64,000 nt of DNA from Acidovorax sp. GTDB taxonomy: Bacteria; Pseudomonadota; Gammaproteobacteria; Burkholderiales; Burkholderiaceae_C. Of this stretch, positions 9,477 to 19,459 are shown one piece after another. The notes beneath the pieces were generated by a model. It was not told the origin of the DNA, did not search any database, and was given only the letters and a program-made list of their open reading frames with translations. The position numbers and the translations under genes were made by a program. Positions within the stretch are counted from its first letter, which is position 1, and every line of letters begins with the position of its first letter. The stretch lies in NCBI RefSeq assembly GCF_016783915.1, contig NZ_JADHVT010000005.1:8315-72314 (forward strand), read 5' to 3'.

Positions 9477-9576
9477 CAATGATTCAAAATATAAACTTGA
9501 ACATGCAAAGGGTAAACCCTAATATCACCCCATCGCCCGGCAATCTCGCCACAAGCGTTAGAAAAGGGAAACCGAA

Positions 9577-10017
9577 ATGACCGCCTTTGCACACGTTGAG
9601 TACCCCACCGAACACCCCGGCGTTGTCCGCGCCGAAAACGCAGCCGCCGCCCTGAAGAGCGCTGCCGCCCACTTTGACGGCGCGCGTGGCGCAGCCTCCT
9701 TGCTGCTGGCCGCCGTGGTCTCCGCGCTGCTGGTGGTGGCCAACCAGGTCATCGACACCTGGACCGAAGGCCACCTGCTGGCTGCCTGGATGGTGCTGTG
9801 GCTCGTGGCCTTTGCGGCCCTGGCCCTGTTGACCAGCCCCGCCCGCCGCGCCGGTGTTGCGCTGCGCGGTACTGCGCTGGCATGGGCTGAAAGCCGCCGC
9901 CGCGCTGCCGAAGATCAGCGCACCTGGCAAGTCGCCTTGAAGGATCCCCGGATCATGGCTGAACTGAACCATGCCATGGGCATCCCCACGGTGAACAGCA
10001 TTCGCAAATACTACTGA
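9577..10017 (+). CDS. Hypothetical membrane protein (2 TM)
   Basis: Purine-rich RBS (GGGAAA), typical codon usage, two hydrophobic helices, followed by a terminator. Confidence 0.75.
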   Translation: MTAFAHVEYPTEHPGVVRAENAAAALKSAAAHFDGARGAASLLLAAVVSALLVVANQVIDTWTEGHLLAAWMVLWLVAFAALALLTSPARRAGVALRGTALAWAESRRRAAEDQRTWQVALKDPRIMAELNHAMGIPTVNSIRKYY

Positions 10018-10057
10018 AGCATCCGCGCAGCGCACGCTGCGCAGCTAAGCCGATTCG

Positions 10058-10086
10058 AAGCCGTGGCAAATGCCACGGCTTTTTTT
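10058..10086 (+). terminator. Intrinsic terminator
   Basis: AAGCCGTGGCA-AA-TGCCACGGCTT followed by a T tract. Confidence 0.85.
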
Positions 10087-10136
10087 ATGCCCCGTTGTGT
10101 CCCGTTCGGTGGTGTTCTTGCAGTGCCCCCAGGAGC

Positions 10137-10171
10137 AAAAAAAAGCCGCCCCGCAAGAGCGGGACGGCTTT
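10137..10171 (-). terminator. Intrinsic terminator after pckG
   Basis: A tract followed by GCCGCCCCGC-AAGA-GCGGGACGGC hairpin. Confidence 0.75.
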
Positions 10172-10205
10172 GAATGGTCAGCTTCCTTGATTGAACGCTG
10201 CAGTG

Positions 10206-12077
10206 TCAGGCGGCCAAACGCTTTTCCAGCTGCGCTTTGGTATCGAGCAGCGCCTTTGGCAGGTGGTAGGCCAGCTGTTCGAAGTGCGCATCGTGCAGCT
10301 TGAACTCTTCGGCCCAGGCCGCCTTGTCAATGCTGGTGACTGCCTGGAACTGCTGGGCGCTGAAATCCAGACCCGTCCAGTTGATCTCTGCGTACTGCGG
10401 AGCCACACCGAACATGGTTTCCTGGCCTGGGGCCTGGCCTTCGATGCGGTCGATCATCCACTTGAGCACGCGCATGTTTTCGCCATAGCCAGGCCACACA
10501 AACTTGCCCCCCTCGTCCTTGCGGAACCAGTTCACACAGAACACCTTGGGCGGCGTCTTGCCGGTGGCGGCAATCTTGCCTTCCATGTTGAGCCAGTGCT
10601 GGAAGTAGTCGCTCATGTTGTAGCCGCAGAAGGGCAGCATGGCGAACGGGTCGCGGCGTACCACGCCCTGGGCGCCAAAGGCGGCGGCGGTGGTTTCGCT
10701 GCCCATGGTGGCTGCCATGTACACACCTTCGGTCCAGGTGCGGGCTTCGGTCACCAGCGGCACCGTGGTGGAGCGACGGCCGCCAAAGATGAACGCGTCA
10801 ATCGCCACGCCACTGGCGTCGTCCCACTGCGCATCGAGCGCGGGGTTGTTGGTGGCGGCCACCGTAAAGCGCGAGTTGGGGTGGGCGGCCTTGGCGCCAG
10901 TTTCCTTGGCGATTTGCGGCGTCCAGTCCTTGCCCTGCCAGTCGATCAAATGGTCGGGCAGCTTGCCGGTGTCCTTTTCCATGCCTTCCCACCACACGTC
11001 GCCGTCGTCCGTCAGGGCCACGTTGGTGAAGATCACGTCCTTGTCCAGGCTGCGCATGCAGTTGGGGTTGGTGTGCATGTTGGTGCCGGGGGCCACGCCA
11101 AAGTAACCCGCCTCGGGGTTGATGGCGTACATCTTGCCGTCGGCATGGGGCTTGATCCAGGCGATATCGTCACCGATGGTGGTGACTTTCCAGCCGGCAA
11201 AACCGGCTTCGGGCGGCACCAGCATCGAGAAGTTGGTCTTGCCACAGGCGCTGGGGAAGGCCGCTGCCACGTGGTACTTCTTGCCTTGGGGGTTGGTCAC
11301 GCCCAGGATGAGCATGTGTTCGGCCAGCCAGCCTTGGTCGCGGCCCATGGTGGAGGCGATGCGCAGTGCCAGGCACTTCTTGCCCAGCAGCGCATTGCCG
11401 CCATAGCCCGAGCCGTACGACCAGATCTCGCGCGTTTCTGGGTAGTGGACGATGTACTTGACCTTGGGGTTGCAGGGCCAGCTCGTCGTGTCCTTTTCGC
11501 CTTCGGCCAGGGGGGCACCCACGGTGTGCATGCAGGGCACAAATTCGCCTTCCACGCCCAGCACGTCGTACACGGCCTTGCCCATGCGGGTCATCAGGCG
11601 CTGGTTCACGGCCACGTAGGCGCTGTCGGTCAGTTCTACGCCGATGTGGGCGATGTGGCTGCCCAGCGGGCCCATGCTGAAGGGCACCACGTACATGGTG
11701 CGGCCCTTCATGCAGCCGTCAAACAGCGGCTGCAGCGTGGCGCGCATTTCGGCGGGAGCCATCCAGTTGTTGGTGGGGCCGGCGTCTTCCTTGGCGGCCG
11801 AGCAGATGTAGGTGCGGTCTTCCACACGGGCCACGTCCGACGGGTCGGACCAGGCCAGAAAGCTGCCAGGGCGCTTGGCGGGGTTGAGCTTCTTGAAGGT
11901 GCCAGCGTCGACCAGCTGCTGGCACAGGCGGTCGTACTCTTCCTTGGAGCCATCGCACCAGTAGATGCTGTCGGGTTTGCACAGGGCGGCCATGTCGGCC
12001 ACCCAGGCGAGCAACCGAGCGTTTTTGACGTAAGCGGGGGCGTTGAGATTCAGGCCCTGCATCGTGGGTGCGTTCAT
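10206..12077 (-). CDS. pckG: Phosphoenolpyruvate carboxykinase (GTP)
   Basis: [10 protein letters not shown]-loop, [22 protein letters not shown] and VNWFR motifs. Confidence 0.96.
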   Translation of the reverse strand: MNAPTMQGLNLNAPAYVKNARLLAWVADMAALCKPDSIYWCDGSKEEYDRLCQQLVDAGTFKKLNPAKRPGSFLAWSDPSDVARVEDRTYICSAAKEDAGPTNNWMAPAEMRATLQPLFDGCMKGRTMYVVPFSMGPLGSHIAHIGVELTDSAYVAVNQRLMTRMGKAVYDVLGVEGEFVPCMHTVGAPLAEGEKDTTSWPCNPKVKYIVHYPETREIWSYGSGYGGNALLGKKCLALRIASTMGRDQGWLAEHMLILGVTNPQGKKYHVAAAFPSACGKTNFSMLVPPEAGFAGWKVTTIGDDIAWIKPHADGKMYAINPEAGYFGVAPGTNMHTNPNCMRSLDKDVIFTNVALTDDGDVWWEGMEKDTGKLPDHLIDWQGKDWTPQIAKETGAKAAHPNSRFTVAATNNPALDAQWDDASGVAIDAFIFGGRRSTTVPLVTEARTWTEGVYMAATMGSETTAAAFGAQGVVRRDPFAMLPFCGYNMSDYFQHWLNMEGKIAATGKTPPKVFCVNWFRKDEGGKFVWPGYGENMRVLKWMIDRIEGQAPGQETMFGVAPQYAEINWTGLDFSAQQFQAVTSIDKAAWAEEFKLHDAHFEQLAYHLPKALLDTKAQLEKRLAA

Positions 12078-12371
12078 CGGGGAGCTTCCTAAGTTGAAAA
12101 AACGTTTTTTCAAAGGAAGCGGACCGGGCGGGTCACGGCGAGGCCTGGCGCAGTTGCGGTGCTGAGCGCTGCCTTTGAAAAAACGGCTTTCGTGCTCAGT
12201 CGGCGGGCGGGAGCGTGTGTCAGCCCCACGGGTGGAGGCTAGTTCCACGGATTCCGCGGGTCGGCTGGGATGTCAATTTTATGAATCTGCCGCCGGTTTG
12301 TCTGTCAGACAGGGGTCAAAACCATGCAAAAAAAACATGAGGTTATGCATGACTTTGTCCGCTCCGTTCCA

Positions 12372-13082
12372 TCAAAGGCTGGCCGAATTGCCCTTCCACC
12401 GCTCGTAGCCGCTCCTGCGCAGCGCGCACGCCGGGCAGGTGCCACAGCCATAGCCCCAGGCGTGCAGCGTGTCGCGCACGCCGTGGTAGCAGGTGTGCGA
12501 GTCGTTCACGATCAGATCGACCAACGCCTGCCCACCCAGGGTTCGGGCCAGTTCCCAGGTCTCGGCCTTGTCCAGCCACATGAGTGGGGTGTCGAAGGTG
12601 AAACGCTGCCCCATGCCCAGCGACACCGCCACCTGCAGCGCCTTGAGCGTGTCGTCACGGCAGTCGGGGTAGCCCGAAAAATCGGTCTCGCACATGCCGC
12701 CCACCAGGGTGTGCAGGCCACGCCGGTAGCCGACGGCAGCAGCCAGCTGGAAGAACAGCAGGTTGCGCCCGGGCACAAACGTGTTGGGCAGGCCGGCGGC
12801 GGTCATCTGGATCTCGGTGTCGCTGGTCAGCGCCGTGTCGCTGATGTGGCCCAGCACTGACAGGTCGAGCATGTGGTCATCCCCCAGCTTGGCCGCCCAG
12901 TGCGGGAACTGTGCACGCAGCGATGACAGCACCGTCTGCCGTGCCTGCAGCTCGATGTGGTGGCGCTGGCCGTAGTCAAACCCGATGGTTTCGACATGGG
13001 CAAAGTGTTCCAGCGCCCAGGCCAGGCAGGTGGTGGAGTCCTGGCCTCCAGAAAAAAGGACGAGTGCGTGTCCGGGTCTCAT
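12372..13082 (-). CDS. queC: 7-cyano-7-deazaguanine synthase
   Basis: [23 protein letters not shown], and the zinc motif TCY ... GCGTCPAC. Confidence 0.95.
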   Translation of the reverse strand: MRPGHALVLFSGGQDSTTCLAWALEHFAHVETIGFDYGQRHHIELQARQTVLSSLRAQFPHWAAKLGDDHMLDLSVLGHISDTALTSDTEIQMTAAGLPNTFVPGRNLLFFQLAAAVGYRRGLHTLVGGMCETDFSGYPDCRDDTLKALQVAVSLGMGQRFTFDTPLMWLDKAETWELARTLGGQALVDLIVNDSHTCYHGVRDTLHAWGYGCGTCPACALRRSGYERWKGNSASL

Positions 13083-13125
13083 GGGGGTTCTCCAGGTCAG
13101 ACGGGGATAGGGGTGGTGCGGGACG

Positions 13126-13150
13126 AAAAAAAGCCCCGCTCTGCGGGGCT
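13126..13150 (-). terminator. Intrinsic terminator after the small membrane-peptide gene
   Basis: AGCCCCGC-TCT-GCGGGGCT with an adjacent A7 tract (U tract on the minus strand). Confidence 0.8.
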
Positions 13151-13172
13151 GGTGCGATGGCCGCCGGAGCGG

Positions 13173-13319
13173 TCAGGCCATCATTACGGCGATGAACGCC
13201 AGCAGGAACATCATGATGCCGCCCACCACTGGCAGCACCACGGGCATCACGGAAACGACGTTTTCCACGGGGTCGTTGGATGGCGTGGCGGGGGCGTGCG
13301 AGGTGTTGTGGTCAGACAT
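13173..13319 (-). CDS. Small single-TM peptide, 48 aa (below the ORF-track cutoff)
   Basis: MSDHNTSHAPATPSNDPVENVVSVMPVVLPVVGGIMMFLLAFIAVMMA. GGAG RBS upstream, own terminator, GC3-rich codons. Confidence 0.75.
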   Translation of the reverse strand: MSDHNTSHAPATPSNDPVENVVSVMPVVLPVVGGIMMFLLAFIAVMMA

Positions 13320-13395
13320 GGTGGGCTCCAGATGCTTAAAACTTGCGCAATTCTAGCTGCGACTGTCCCTTCAGGGCGCAAAACCCTGCTGTCCC

Positions 13396-14595
13396 TCAGA
13401 TCAGATCGGCCTGCATGCCCGCCGTGCGCAACTGCGTCAGCACCTCATCCACATGGGTCTTGCCGCGGGTTTGCAGCACCAGTTCGATCTCCACGTTCTG
13501 CGCGGCCAGCATGGTGAAGGCGCGCTGGTGGTGCACCTCTTCGATGTTGGCACCCGCGTCGGCCACGGTGGCGGTGATGCGCGCCAGCACGCCGGGCACA
13601 TCGCGCGCGCTGACCTTGATGCGCGCCAGGCGCCCAGAGCGCACCATGCCGCGTTCGATGATCGCGGCCAGCAGCAGCGGGTCGATATTGCCGCCGCACA
13701 GCACCAGGCCCACGCGCTTGCCCTTGAAGCGTTCGGGGTAACGCACCAGCGCGGCCAGGCCTGCGGCGCCTGCGCCTTCGACCAGGGTCTTTTCGATCTC
13801 CAGCAGCATCAGCACGGCCTGTTCGATGTCGCCTTCGTCCACCAGCACCAGATCGTCGACCAGGCGCTTGACGATCTCCTGCGTGATCTTGCCCGGCGTG
13901 CCCACCGCAATGCCCTCGGCAATGGTGGAGGTGCCCTGCGGGTGGTGCGTGCCCTTCACCGCATTCACCATGGCCGGGAAGCGCATGGTCTGCACGCCGA
14001 TGACCTCGATGCCGGGCTTGATCGCCTTGGCCGCCGTCGCCACACCCGAGATCAGCCCGCCGCCGCCCACGGCAATCACCAGGGTGTCCAGGTCGGGCAC
14101 GGCCTGCAGCATCTCCAGGCCCAGCGTGCCCTGGCCGGCGGCCACGCCTTCGTCGTCATACGGGTGCACAAAGGTCAACCCCTGCGCATCGGCCAGTGCA
14201 TAGGCGTGGGCGCGGGCTTCCTCCAGAGTGTCGCCATGCAGTACCACGTCGGCGCCAAAACCGCGCGTGCGCTCCACCTTCACGCCGGGCGTGAAGCGCG
14301 GCATCACGATCACGGCGCGCAGGCCCAGGCGCTGCGCGTGGTACGCCACGCCCTGCGCGTGGTTGCCGGCGCTCATGGCCACCACACCCCTTGCGCGCTC
14401 CTCGTCCGTCAGCAGCGTGAGCCGGTTGCAGGCGCCCCGTTCCTTGAAGGAGGCGGTGAACTGCAGGTTCTCGAACTTGAGGAACACCTGCGCGCCCACG
14501 ATCTGCGAGAGCGTCTTGGATTCCACACAAGGAGTGTCCAGCACCTGGCCTTGCAGGCGGGTGGCGGCGTCGCGGATATCTTGGAGGGTCAGCAT
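13396..14595 (-). CDS. Threonine ammonia-lyase with C-terminal ACT domain
   Basis: KFENLQFTASFKERGA PLP lysine, SAGNHAQG, GGGGLISG and LCGGNID motifs. Confidence 0.93.
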   Translation of the reverse strand: MLTLQDIRDAATRLQGQVLDTPCVESKTLSQIVGAQVFLKFENLQFTASFKERGACNRLTLLTDEERARGVVAMSAGNHAQGVAYHAQRLGLRAVIVMPRFTPGVKVERTRGFGADVVLHGDTLEEARAHAYALADAQGLTFVHPYDDEGVAAGQGTLGLEMLQAVPDLDTLVIAVGGGGLISGVATAAKAIKPGIEVIGVQTMRFPAMVNAVKGTHHPQGTSTIAEGIAVGTPGKITQEIVKRLVDDLVLVDEGDIEQAVLMLLEIEKTLVEGAGAAGLAALVRYPERFKGKRVGLVLCGGNIDPLLLAAIIERGMVRSGRLARIKVSARDVPGVLARITATVADAGANIEEVHHQRAFTMLAAQNVEIELVLQTRGKTHVDEVLTQLRTAGMQADLI

Positions 14596-14655
14596 GGGCC
14601 GATTGTGGCGCAACGCGGGCCGGTGGAGCACCGTAGCGGGTGCCGGGCAAGAAAA

Positions 14656-14717
14656 TGAATGAAAAGTGCCGCAAGCGCTAGAAATTCATGCGCTGAATGC
14701 TATCAATTTTGATTGCA
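14656..14717. repeat. ~62-bp palindromic repeat overlapping the 3' end of norR
   Basis: TGAATGAAAAGTGCCGCAAGCGCTAGAAATTCATGCGCTGAATGCTATCAATTTTGATTGCA shows the GCGC..GCGC/GCTATCAA pattern. Confidence 0.7.
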
Positions 14718-16282
14718 TATTTGAGGCCCAGCCTGCGCGCCAGTTTGTGCAGGTTGCTCGCGTCCACCTCCAGCGCACGCGCGGCCTGGGCCCAGTTGCC
14801 ATGGTGGCGGGCGAGGGCCTGCGTGATGGTGTGCCGCTGGCAGGCATCTACGGCGTCGCGCAGCGGGCCCTCGGCGGTGGCGGGGGTGGGCGAAGTGGTG
14901 GCCACTGCGGGGGTGCCGGCGTCCGGAGGGTTATGGGCCACGCTGGCGGCGTCGGCATCCAGGTCGAGCAGCGCAGACTCCAGCGTCACGATGTCGGCCC
15001 GGTTCACGCCGCGGCTCAGGGCCTTGAGGGCGGCGCGGCTGACCACATGCTCCAGCTCGCGGATGTTGCCCGGCCAAGGGTAGCGGCGCAGTGCGTCCTG
15101 TGCGCTGGCAGACAAGCGCAGGCTGCGCAGGCCCAGGCGCGCACGGTTCAGCTCGAGAAACCGGCCCGCGAGCAGCAGCACATCGTTGCCGCGTTCGCGC
15201 AGCGGCGGGATAGGCACGGGGTACACCGACAGCCGGTGGTACAGGTCGGCGCGGAATGCACCGTCGCGCACCTGCTCGCGCAGATTGCGGTTGGTGGCGG
15301 CGATCACGCGCACATCCACGCGACGCGGGCGGTCGGCGCCCAGGCGCTGGATCTCGCCGTTCTGCAGCGTTCGCAGCAGCTTGGCCTGCACGGCCAGCGG
15401 CAGCTCGCCCACCTCATCAAGGAACAGCGTGCCGCCATCGGCCGCCTCGAAGCGTCCGGGCCGGTCGGCTACCGCACCGGAGAACGCACCGCGCACGTGG
15501 CCAAAGAGTTCGCTCTCGGCCAGCGACTCGGGCAGCGCCGCGCAGTTCACGTGCACCAGCGGTTTGGTTCGGCGCGTGGATTGGCGGTGCAGCAGGCGTG
15601 CAAACAGCTCCTTGCCCACACCGGTTTCGCCCAGCAACAGCACCGGCAGGTCCGAGCCCGCCACCACCGTGAGCTCGTGCAGCAGACGCAGCAAGGGTTC
15701 GCTCTGGCCAACGATCTCCATGTCGCCATCGCCCGCGCGGGTGGTGCGCTCGTCGTCGGCGCTGCGGGTGTGGGGGGCGCTGCGCAGCGCCTGCACCTCT
15801 CGCTCCAGCCGCGAGATGCGCACGGCCGCCTCCACCAGCACCTTGCAGTCGGCCAGCGCGGCACGTGCGGCCGCGCCAAAGGTGCCGGTCTGCAGTGCGT
15901 CTAGCGTCAGCACACCCCAAGGCTGGCCGTCCACCCACAGGCTCACGCCCATGCAGTCGTGCACGGGCAGGGGCTCGCCCACCAGGGTGTCGAGCAGGCC
16001 GTCGTAGGGGTCGGGCAGGGTGCTGTCGTGGTCGAAGCAAGTCACCTCGCGCCGCGCCAGGATGGCCGCGAGCCGGGGGTGCTGGCCGACCGCAAAACGC
16101 CGGCCCAGCGCCTCGCGCACCAGGCCCTCCACGGCCACGGGGCGCAGGTGGTCTTCTTCCAGCTGCAGCAGGGCCACGGCGCCGCATTGAAAGCGCGTGC
16201 GCAGGTGGTCGGCCAGCCGCTGCAGGCGCACGGCCTGGGGCAGGTCGGTGGCCAGGTCGGCCAGCAGGGGGCTATCGTCCAT
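14678..16282 (-). CDS. norR: Nitric oxide-responsive sigma54 activator
   Basis: GAF domain with VHDCMG, AAA+ GETGVGKE, ESELFGH-x-x-GAFSGA, Fis HTH; divergent from qNor. Confidence 0.93.
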   Translation of the reverse strand: MDDSPLLADLATDLPQAVRLQRLADHLRTRFQCGAVALLQLEEDHLRPVAVEGLVREALGRRFAVGQHPRLAAILARREVTCFDHDSTLPDPYDGLLDTLVGEPLPVHDCMGVSLWVDGQPWGVLTLDALQTGTFGAAARAALADCKVLVEAAVRISRLEREVQALRSAPHTRSADDERTTRAGDGDMEIVGQSEPLLRLLHELTVVAGSDLPVLLLGETGVGKELFARLLHRQSTRRTKPLVHVNCAALPESLAESELFGHVRGAFSGAVADRPGRFEAADGGTLFLDEVGELPLAVQAKLLRTLQNGEIQRLGADRPRRVDVRVIAATNRNLREQVRDGAFRADLYHRLSVYPVPIPPLRERGNDVLLLAGRFLELNRARLGLRSLRLSASAQDALRRYPWPGNIRELEHVVSRAALKALSRGVNRADIVTLESALLDLDADAASVAHNPPDAGTPAVATTSPTPATAEGPLRDAVDACQRHTITQALARHHGNWAQAARALEVDASNLHKLARRLGLKYAIKIDSIQRMNF

Positions 16283-16340
16283 GGTGATATTTACCTTTAA
16301 TGGGTGAATTAAACCCCATTAAGGGATGGTCAAAAAAACC
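16283..16340. promoter_or_regulatory. Three NorR enhancer boxes GGT-N7-ACC
   Basis: GGTgatatttACC (16283-16295), GGTgaattaaACC (16303-16315) and GGTcaaaaaaACC (16328-16340). Confidence 0.88.
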
Positions 16341-16350
16341 ATGACTGGTG

Positions 16351-16363
16351 TAAGTGGTTGATT
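16351..16363 (-). promoter_or_regulatory. IHF binding site
   Basis: The minus strand reads AATCAACCACTTA, an exact WATCAANNNNTTR match, between the enhancer and the sigma54 promoter. Confidence 0.7.
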
Positions 16364-16380
16364 TGATAGGTCTGCGACCC

Positions 16381-16396
16381 TGGCCCGGCGCTTGCG
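16381..16396 (+). promoter_or_regulatory. Sigma54 (-24/-12) promoter of qNor
   Basis: TGGCCCGGCGCTTGCG, with GG-N10-GC spacing. Confidence 0.82.
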
Positions 16397-16520
16397 ATGT
16401 GGGCAGTGACACCGATTCACTCGTTCAGAAAAGCCATGACCACAAGACCCCGACCCCATGCCGTCAGCGCACGCTGGCGCCGCCCTTTCGTTGTTGTTCT
16501 CTTGAAGCAGGAGGCCCGCC

Positions 16521-18818
16521 ATGGGTAACTACCGCAAGCTCTGGTTCACGCTGATTGGCGTGCTCATCGTCACCTTCAGCCTGCTGGGCTACTACGGCGC
16601 CGAGGTCTACCGCACCGCGCCGCCCATCCCCGCCAAGATCGCCACGGCCGGGGGCGAAGTGCTCTACACCCACGACAGCATCCTCGACGGTCAGACCGCC
16701 TGGCAGTCGGTGGGCGGTATGCAACTGGGTTCCATCTGGGGCCACGGCGCGTACCAGGCACCCGACTGGACGGCCGACTGGCTGCACCGCGAGCTGCTCA
16801 ACTGGCTTGACGTCGCGGCCGAGCGCGCGCACGGCAAGCCGTTTGCCGACATCGACGCCGCCGCCCAGGCCGTGCTGCGCGACCGCATGAAGACCGAGTA
16901 CCGCACGAACACCTACAACCCGGAGACGGGAGTGGCCACCGTGTCTTCGGTGCGGGCCGACGCGATCGCGATGACGGCGCTGTACTACGACCAGCTCTTC
17001 AGCGATGCCCCCGCACTGCACAAGACGCGCGAACATTTCGCGATGAAGGAGAACACCCTGCCCAGCGCCGAGCGGCGCGCGCAGATGATGGGCTTCTTCT
17101 TCTGGACGGCCTGGGCCGCCGCCACCGAGCGGCCTGGCAAGGATGGGGGATCCGGTGCAACGTACACCAACAACTGGCCCCACGAGCCGCTGATCGGCAA
17201 CCAACCCACGGCCGAGAACATGGTCTGGTCGGTGATGAGCGTGGTCGTGATGATGGCGGGCGTGGGCTTCCTTGTGTGGGGCTGGTCCTTCCTGCGCAAA
17301 CACGACGAGGTGGAGCCCACGCCACCCCAGCACGACCCGCTCTCGCGCGTGCCGCTCACGCCCTCGCAGCGCGGGCTGGGCAAGTATTTGTTCCTCATCG
17401 TCGCGCTGTTCAGCTTCCAGGTGATGTTGGGCGGCTTCACGGCCCACTACACGGTGGAGGGCCAGCAGTTCTACGGCATCAACGTGTCGCAGTGGTTCCC
17501 GTATTCGCTGGTGCGCACCTGGCACATCCAGAGCGCGCTGTTCTGGATCGCCACGGGCTTCCTGGCGGCCGGCCTGTTCCTCGCGCCGCTCATCAACGGC
17601 GGCAAGGACCCGGCTTACCAGAAGCTGGGCGTGGACATCCTGTTCTGGGCGCTGGTCGTGGTGGTGGTGGGCTCGTTCGTCGGCAACTACCTGGCCATCG
17701 CGCAGATCATGCCGCCCGAGTGGAACTTCTGGCTCGGCCACCAGGGCTATGAATACGTGGACCTGGGCCGCCTGTGGCAGATCGGCAAGTTCACCGGCAT
17801 CGCCTTCTGGCTGGTGCTCATGCTGCGCGGCATCGTGCCGGCGCTGCGCACTCCCGGCGGCGACAAGAACCTGCTGGCGCTGCTGACGGCGTCGGTGGTG
17901 GCCATCGGCCTGTTCTACGGCGCGGGCTTCTTCTACGGCGAACGCACGCACCTGTCGGTGATGGAGTACTGGCGCTGGTGGGTGGTGCACCTGTGGGTCG
18001 AGGGCTTCTTCGAAGTCTTCGCCACCACGGCGCTGGCCTTCATCTTCTCCACGCTGGGGCTCGTGTCGGTGCGAATGGCCACCACGGCCAGCCTGGCCTC
18101 GGCCTCGCTGTTCATGCTGGGCGGTGTGCCCGGCACCTTCCACCACCTGTATTTTGCGGGTACCACCACACCGGTGATGGCGGTAGGCGCAGCCTTCAGC
18201 GCGCTCGAAGTGGTGCCCCTGGTCGTGCTCGGCCACGAGGCCTGGGAACACTGGCGCCTGCAGCACCGCACGCCCTGGATGGCCCGCCTGCGTTGGCCGC
18301 TGATGTGTTTTGTGGCCGTGGCCTTCTGGAACATGCTGGGCGCGGGCGTCTTCGGATTCATGATCAACCCGCCCATCTCGCTGTACTACGTGCAGGGCCT
18401 GAACACCACGCCGGTGCATGCCCACGCTGCGCTGTTCGGTGTCTACGGCTTCCTGGCGCTGGGCTTCACGCTGCTGGTGCTGCGCTACATCCGCCCGCAA
18501 TTGGTGTTCAGCGAACGGCTCATGAAGACGGGATTCTGGTGGCTCAACGCGGGCCTGGTGCTGATGATCGCCACCAGCCTGCTGCCCATCGGCTTGTTCC
18601 AGTTCCACGCCAGCGTGAGTGAAGGCCTGTGGTACGCCCGGGGCGAGGCCTTCATGCAGCAGCCCTTCATCCAGACGCTGCGCTGGGTGCGCACCTTCGG
18701 CGACGTGGTCTTCATCGTGGGTGCGCTGGCCATGGCCTGGCAGGTTGTGAGCGGCGTGTTTGGCTCGCGGGCACCGGCAGCCACCGCAGGGACCTACCTG
18801 GCGGAGGCCCGCCGCTGA
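16521..18818 (+). CDS. norB: Quinol-dependent nitric oxide reductase (qNor)
   Basis: 765-aa multi-TM protein with WWVVHLWVEG, GTFHHLY and HAHAALFG heme/FeB ligands, and GSIWGHGAY. Confidence 0.96.
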   Translation: MGNYRKLWFTLIGVLIVTFSLLGYYGAEVYRTAPPIPAKIATAGGEVLYTHDSILDGQTAWQSVGGMQLGSIWGHGAYQAPDWTADWLHRELLNWLDVAAERAHGKPFADIDAAAQAVLRDRMKTEYRTNTYNPETGVATVSSVRADAIAMTALYYDQLFSDAPALHKTREHFAMKENTLPSAERRAQMMGFFFWTAWAAATERPGKDGGSGATYTNNWPHEPLIGNQPTAENMVWSVMSVVVMMAGVGFLVWGWSFLRKHDEVEPTPPQHDPLSRVPLTPSQRGLGKYLFLIVALFSFQVMLGGFTAHYTVEGQQFYGINVSQWFPYSLVRTWHIQSALFWIATGFLAAGLFLAPLINGGKDPAYQKLGVDILFWALVVVVVGSFVGNYLAIAQIMPPEWNFWLGHQGYEYVDLGRLWQIGKFTGIAFWLVLMLRGIVPALRTPGGDKNLLALLTASVVAIGLFYGAGFFYGERTHLSVMEYWRWWVVHLWVEGFFEVFATTALAFIFSTLGLVSVRMATTASLASASLFMLGGVPGTFHHLYFAGTTTPVMAVGAAFSALEVVPLVVLGHEAWEHWRLQHRTPWMARLRWPLMCFVAVAFWNMLGAGVFGFMINPPISLYYVQGLNTTPVHAHAALFGVYGFLALGFTLLVLRYIRPQLVFSERLMKTGFWWLNAGLVLMIATSLLPIGLFQFHASVSEGLWYARGEAFMQQPFIQTLRWVRTFGDVVFIVGALAMAWQVVSGVFGSRAPAATAGTYLAEARR

Positions 18819-18890
18819 TCCGTGCCACGCGCTGCTGCCACCACCCTCGGCGGCAGCGCAGGCCCTTCATTCATCCCACAAGGACTGACC

Positions 18891-19319
18891 ATGAACCTCG
18901 AAAAATTCAAGCACCAGCACACCGACATCCTGCGCCGCATCGCCACCTTGCGCACCCTGGCCCATGCAGGCGTGGAGGCCAACGCCAGCGCCATCGCGCA
19001 GGGCATCGTGGCGATGAGCGGCACCATCAAGCTGCACCTGGCCGTGGAAGACCAGGTGCTGTACCCCGCACTGCAGCGCGGCGGCAACGCCGAACTGGCG
19101 CGCCTGGGCCGCCAGTACCAAAGCGAGATGGCATCGATTGCCAGCACCTACGACGCCTTTGCGCGTCGCTGGAACACGGCCGAGAACGTGCGCCGCGATG
19201 CGCAGGGTTTCCGCAACGAGGCCAATGTGGTGCTGCGCCGCGTGTTCGAGCGCATGCAGCGCGAAGATCATGACTTCTATCCGCGCATCGAGGAAGAGGA
19301 GGCCATCGCCTGCGCTTGA
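18891..19319 (+). CDS. Hemerythrin-like (HHE) domain protein
   Basis: H, HLAVED-x-x-LYP and RMQRED-x-x-FYP repeats; AAGGA RBS. Confidence 0.8.
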   Translation: MNLEKFKHQHTDILRRIATLRTLAHAGVEANASAIAQGIVAMSGTIKLHLAVEDQVLYPALQRGGNAELARLGRQYQSEMASIASTYDAFARRWNTAENVRRDAQGFRNEANVVLRRVFERMQREDHDFYPRIEEEEAIACA

Positions 19320-19388
19320 AAGACGCAATACCCGCGCGTACCAGGATTTCCCCCCATCCATCGGTAGGGCCTTTGGGCACCTTCCTTC

Positions 19389-19414
19389 ACCGGCCTGACA
19401 GGCCGGTTTTTTTT
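19389..19414 (+). terminator. Intrinsic terminator of nor operon
   Basis: ACCGGCCT-GAC-AGGCCGGT followed by a T tract. Confidence 0.85.
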
Positions 19415-19459
19415 GACCTTGGCATCTGTCGCTGGTTTCTTAGAGCCTTCGACAGAGGG

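Noticed and set aside
13083-13172. Possible preQ1 riboswitch upstream of queC
   Set aside because: No preQ1 stem or A-rich tail pattern is present; the region holds only the terminator of the upstream small gene.
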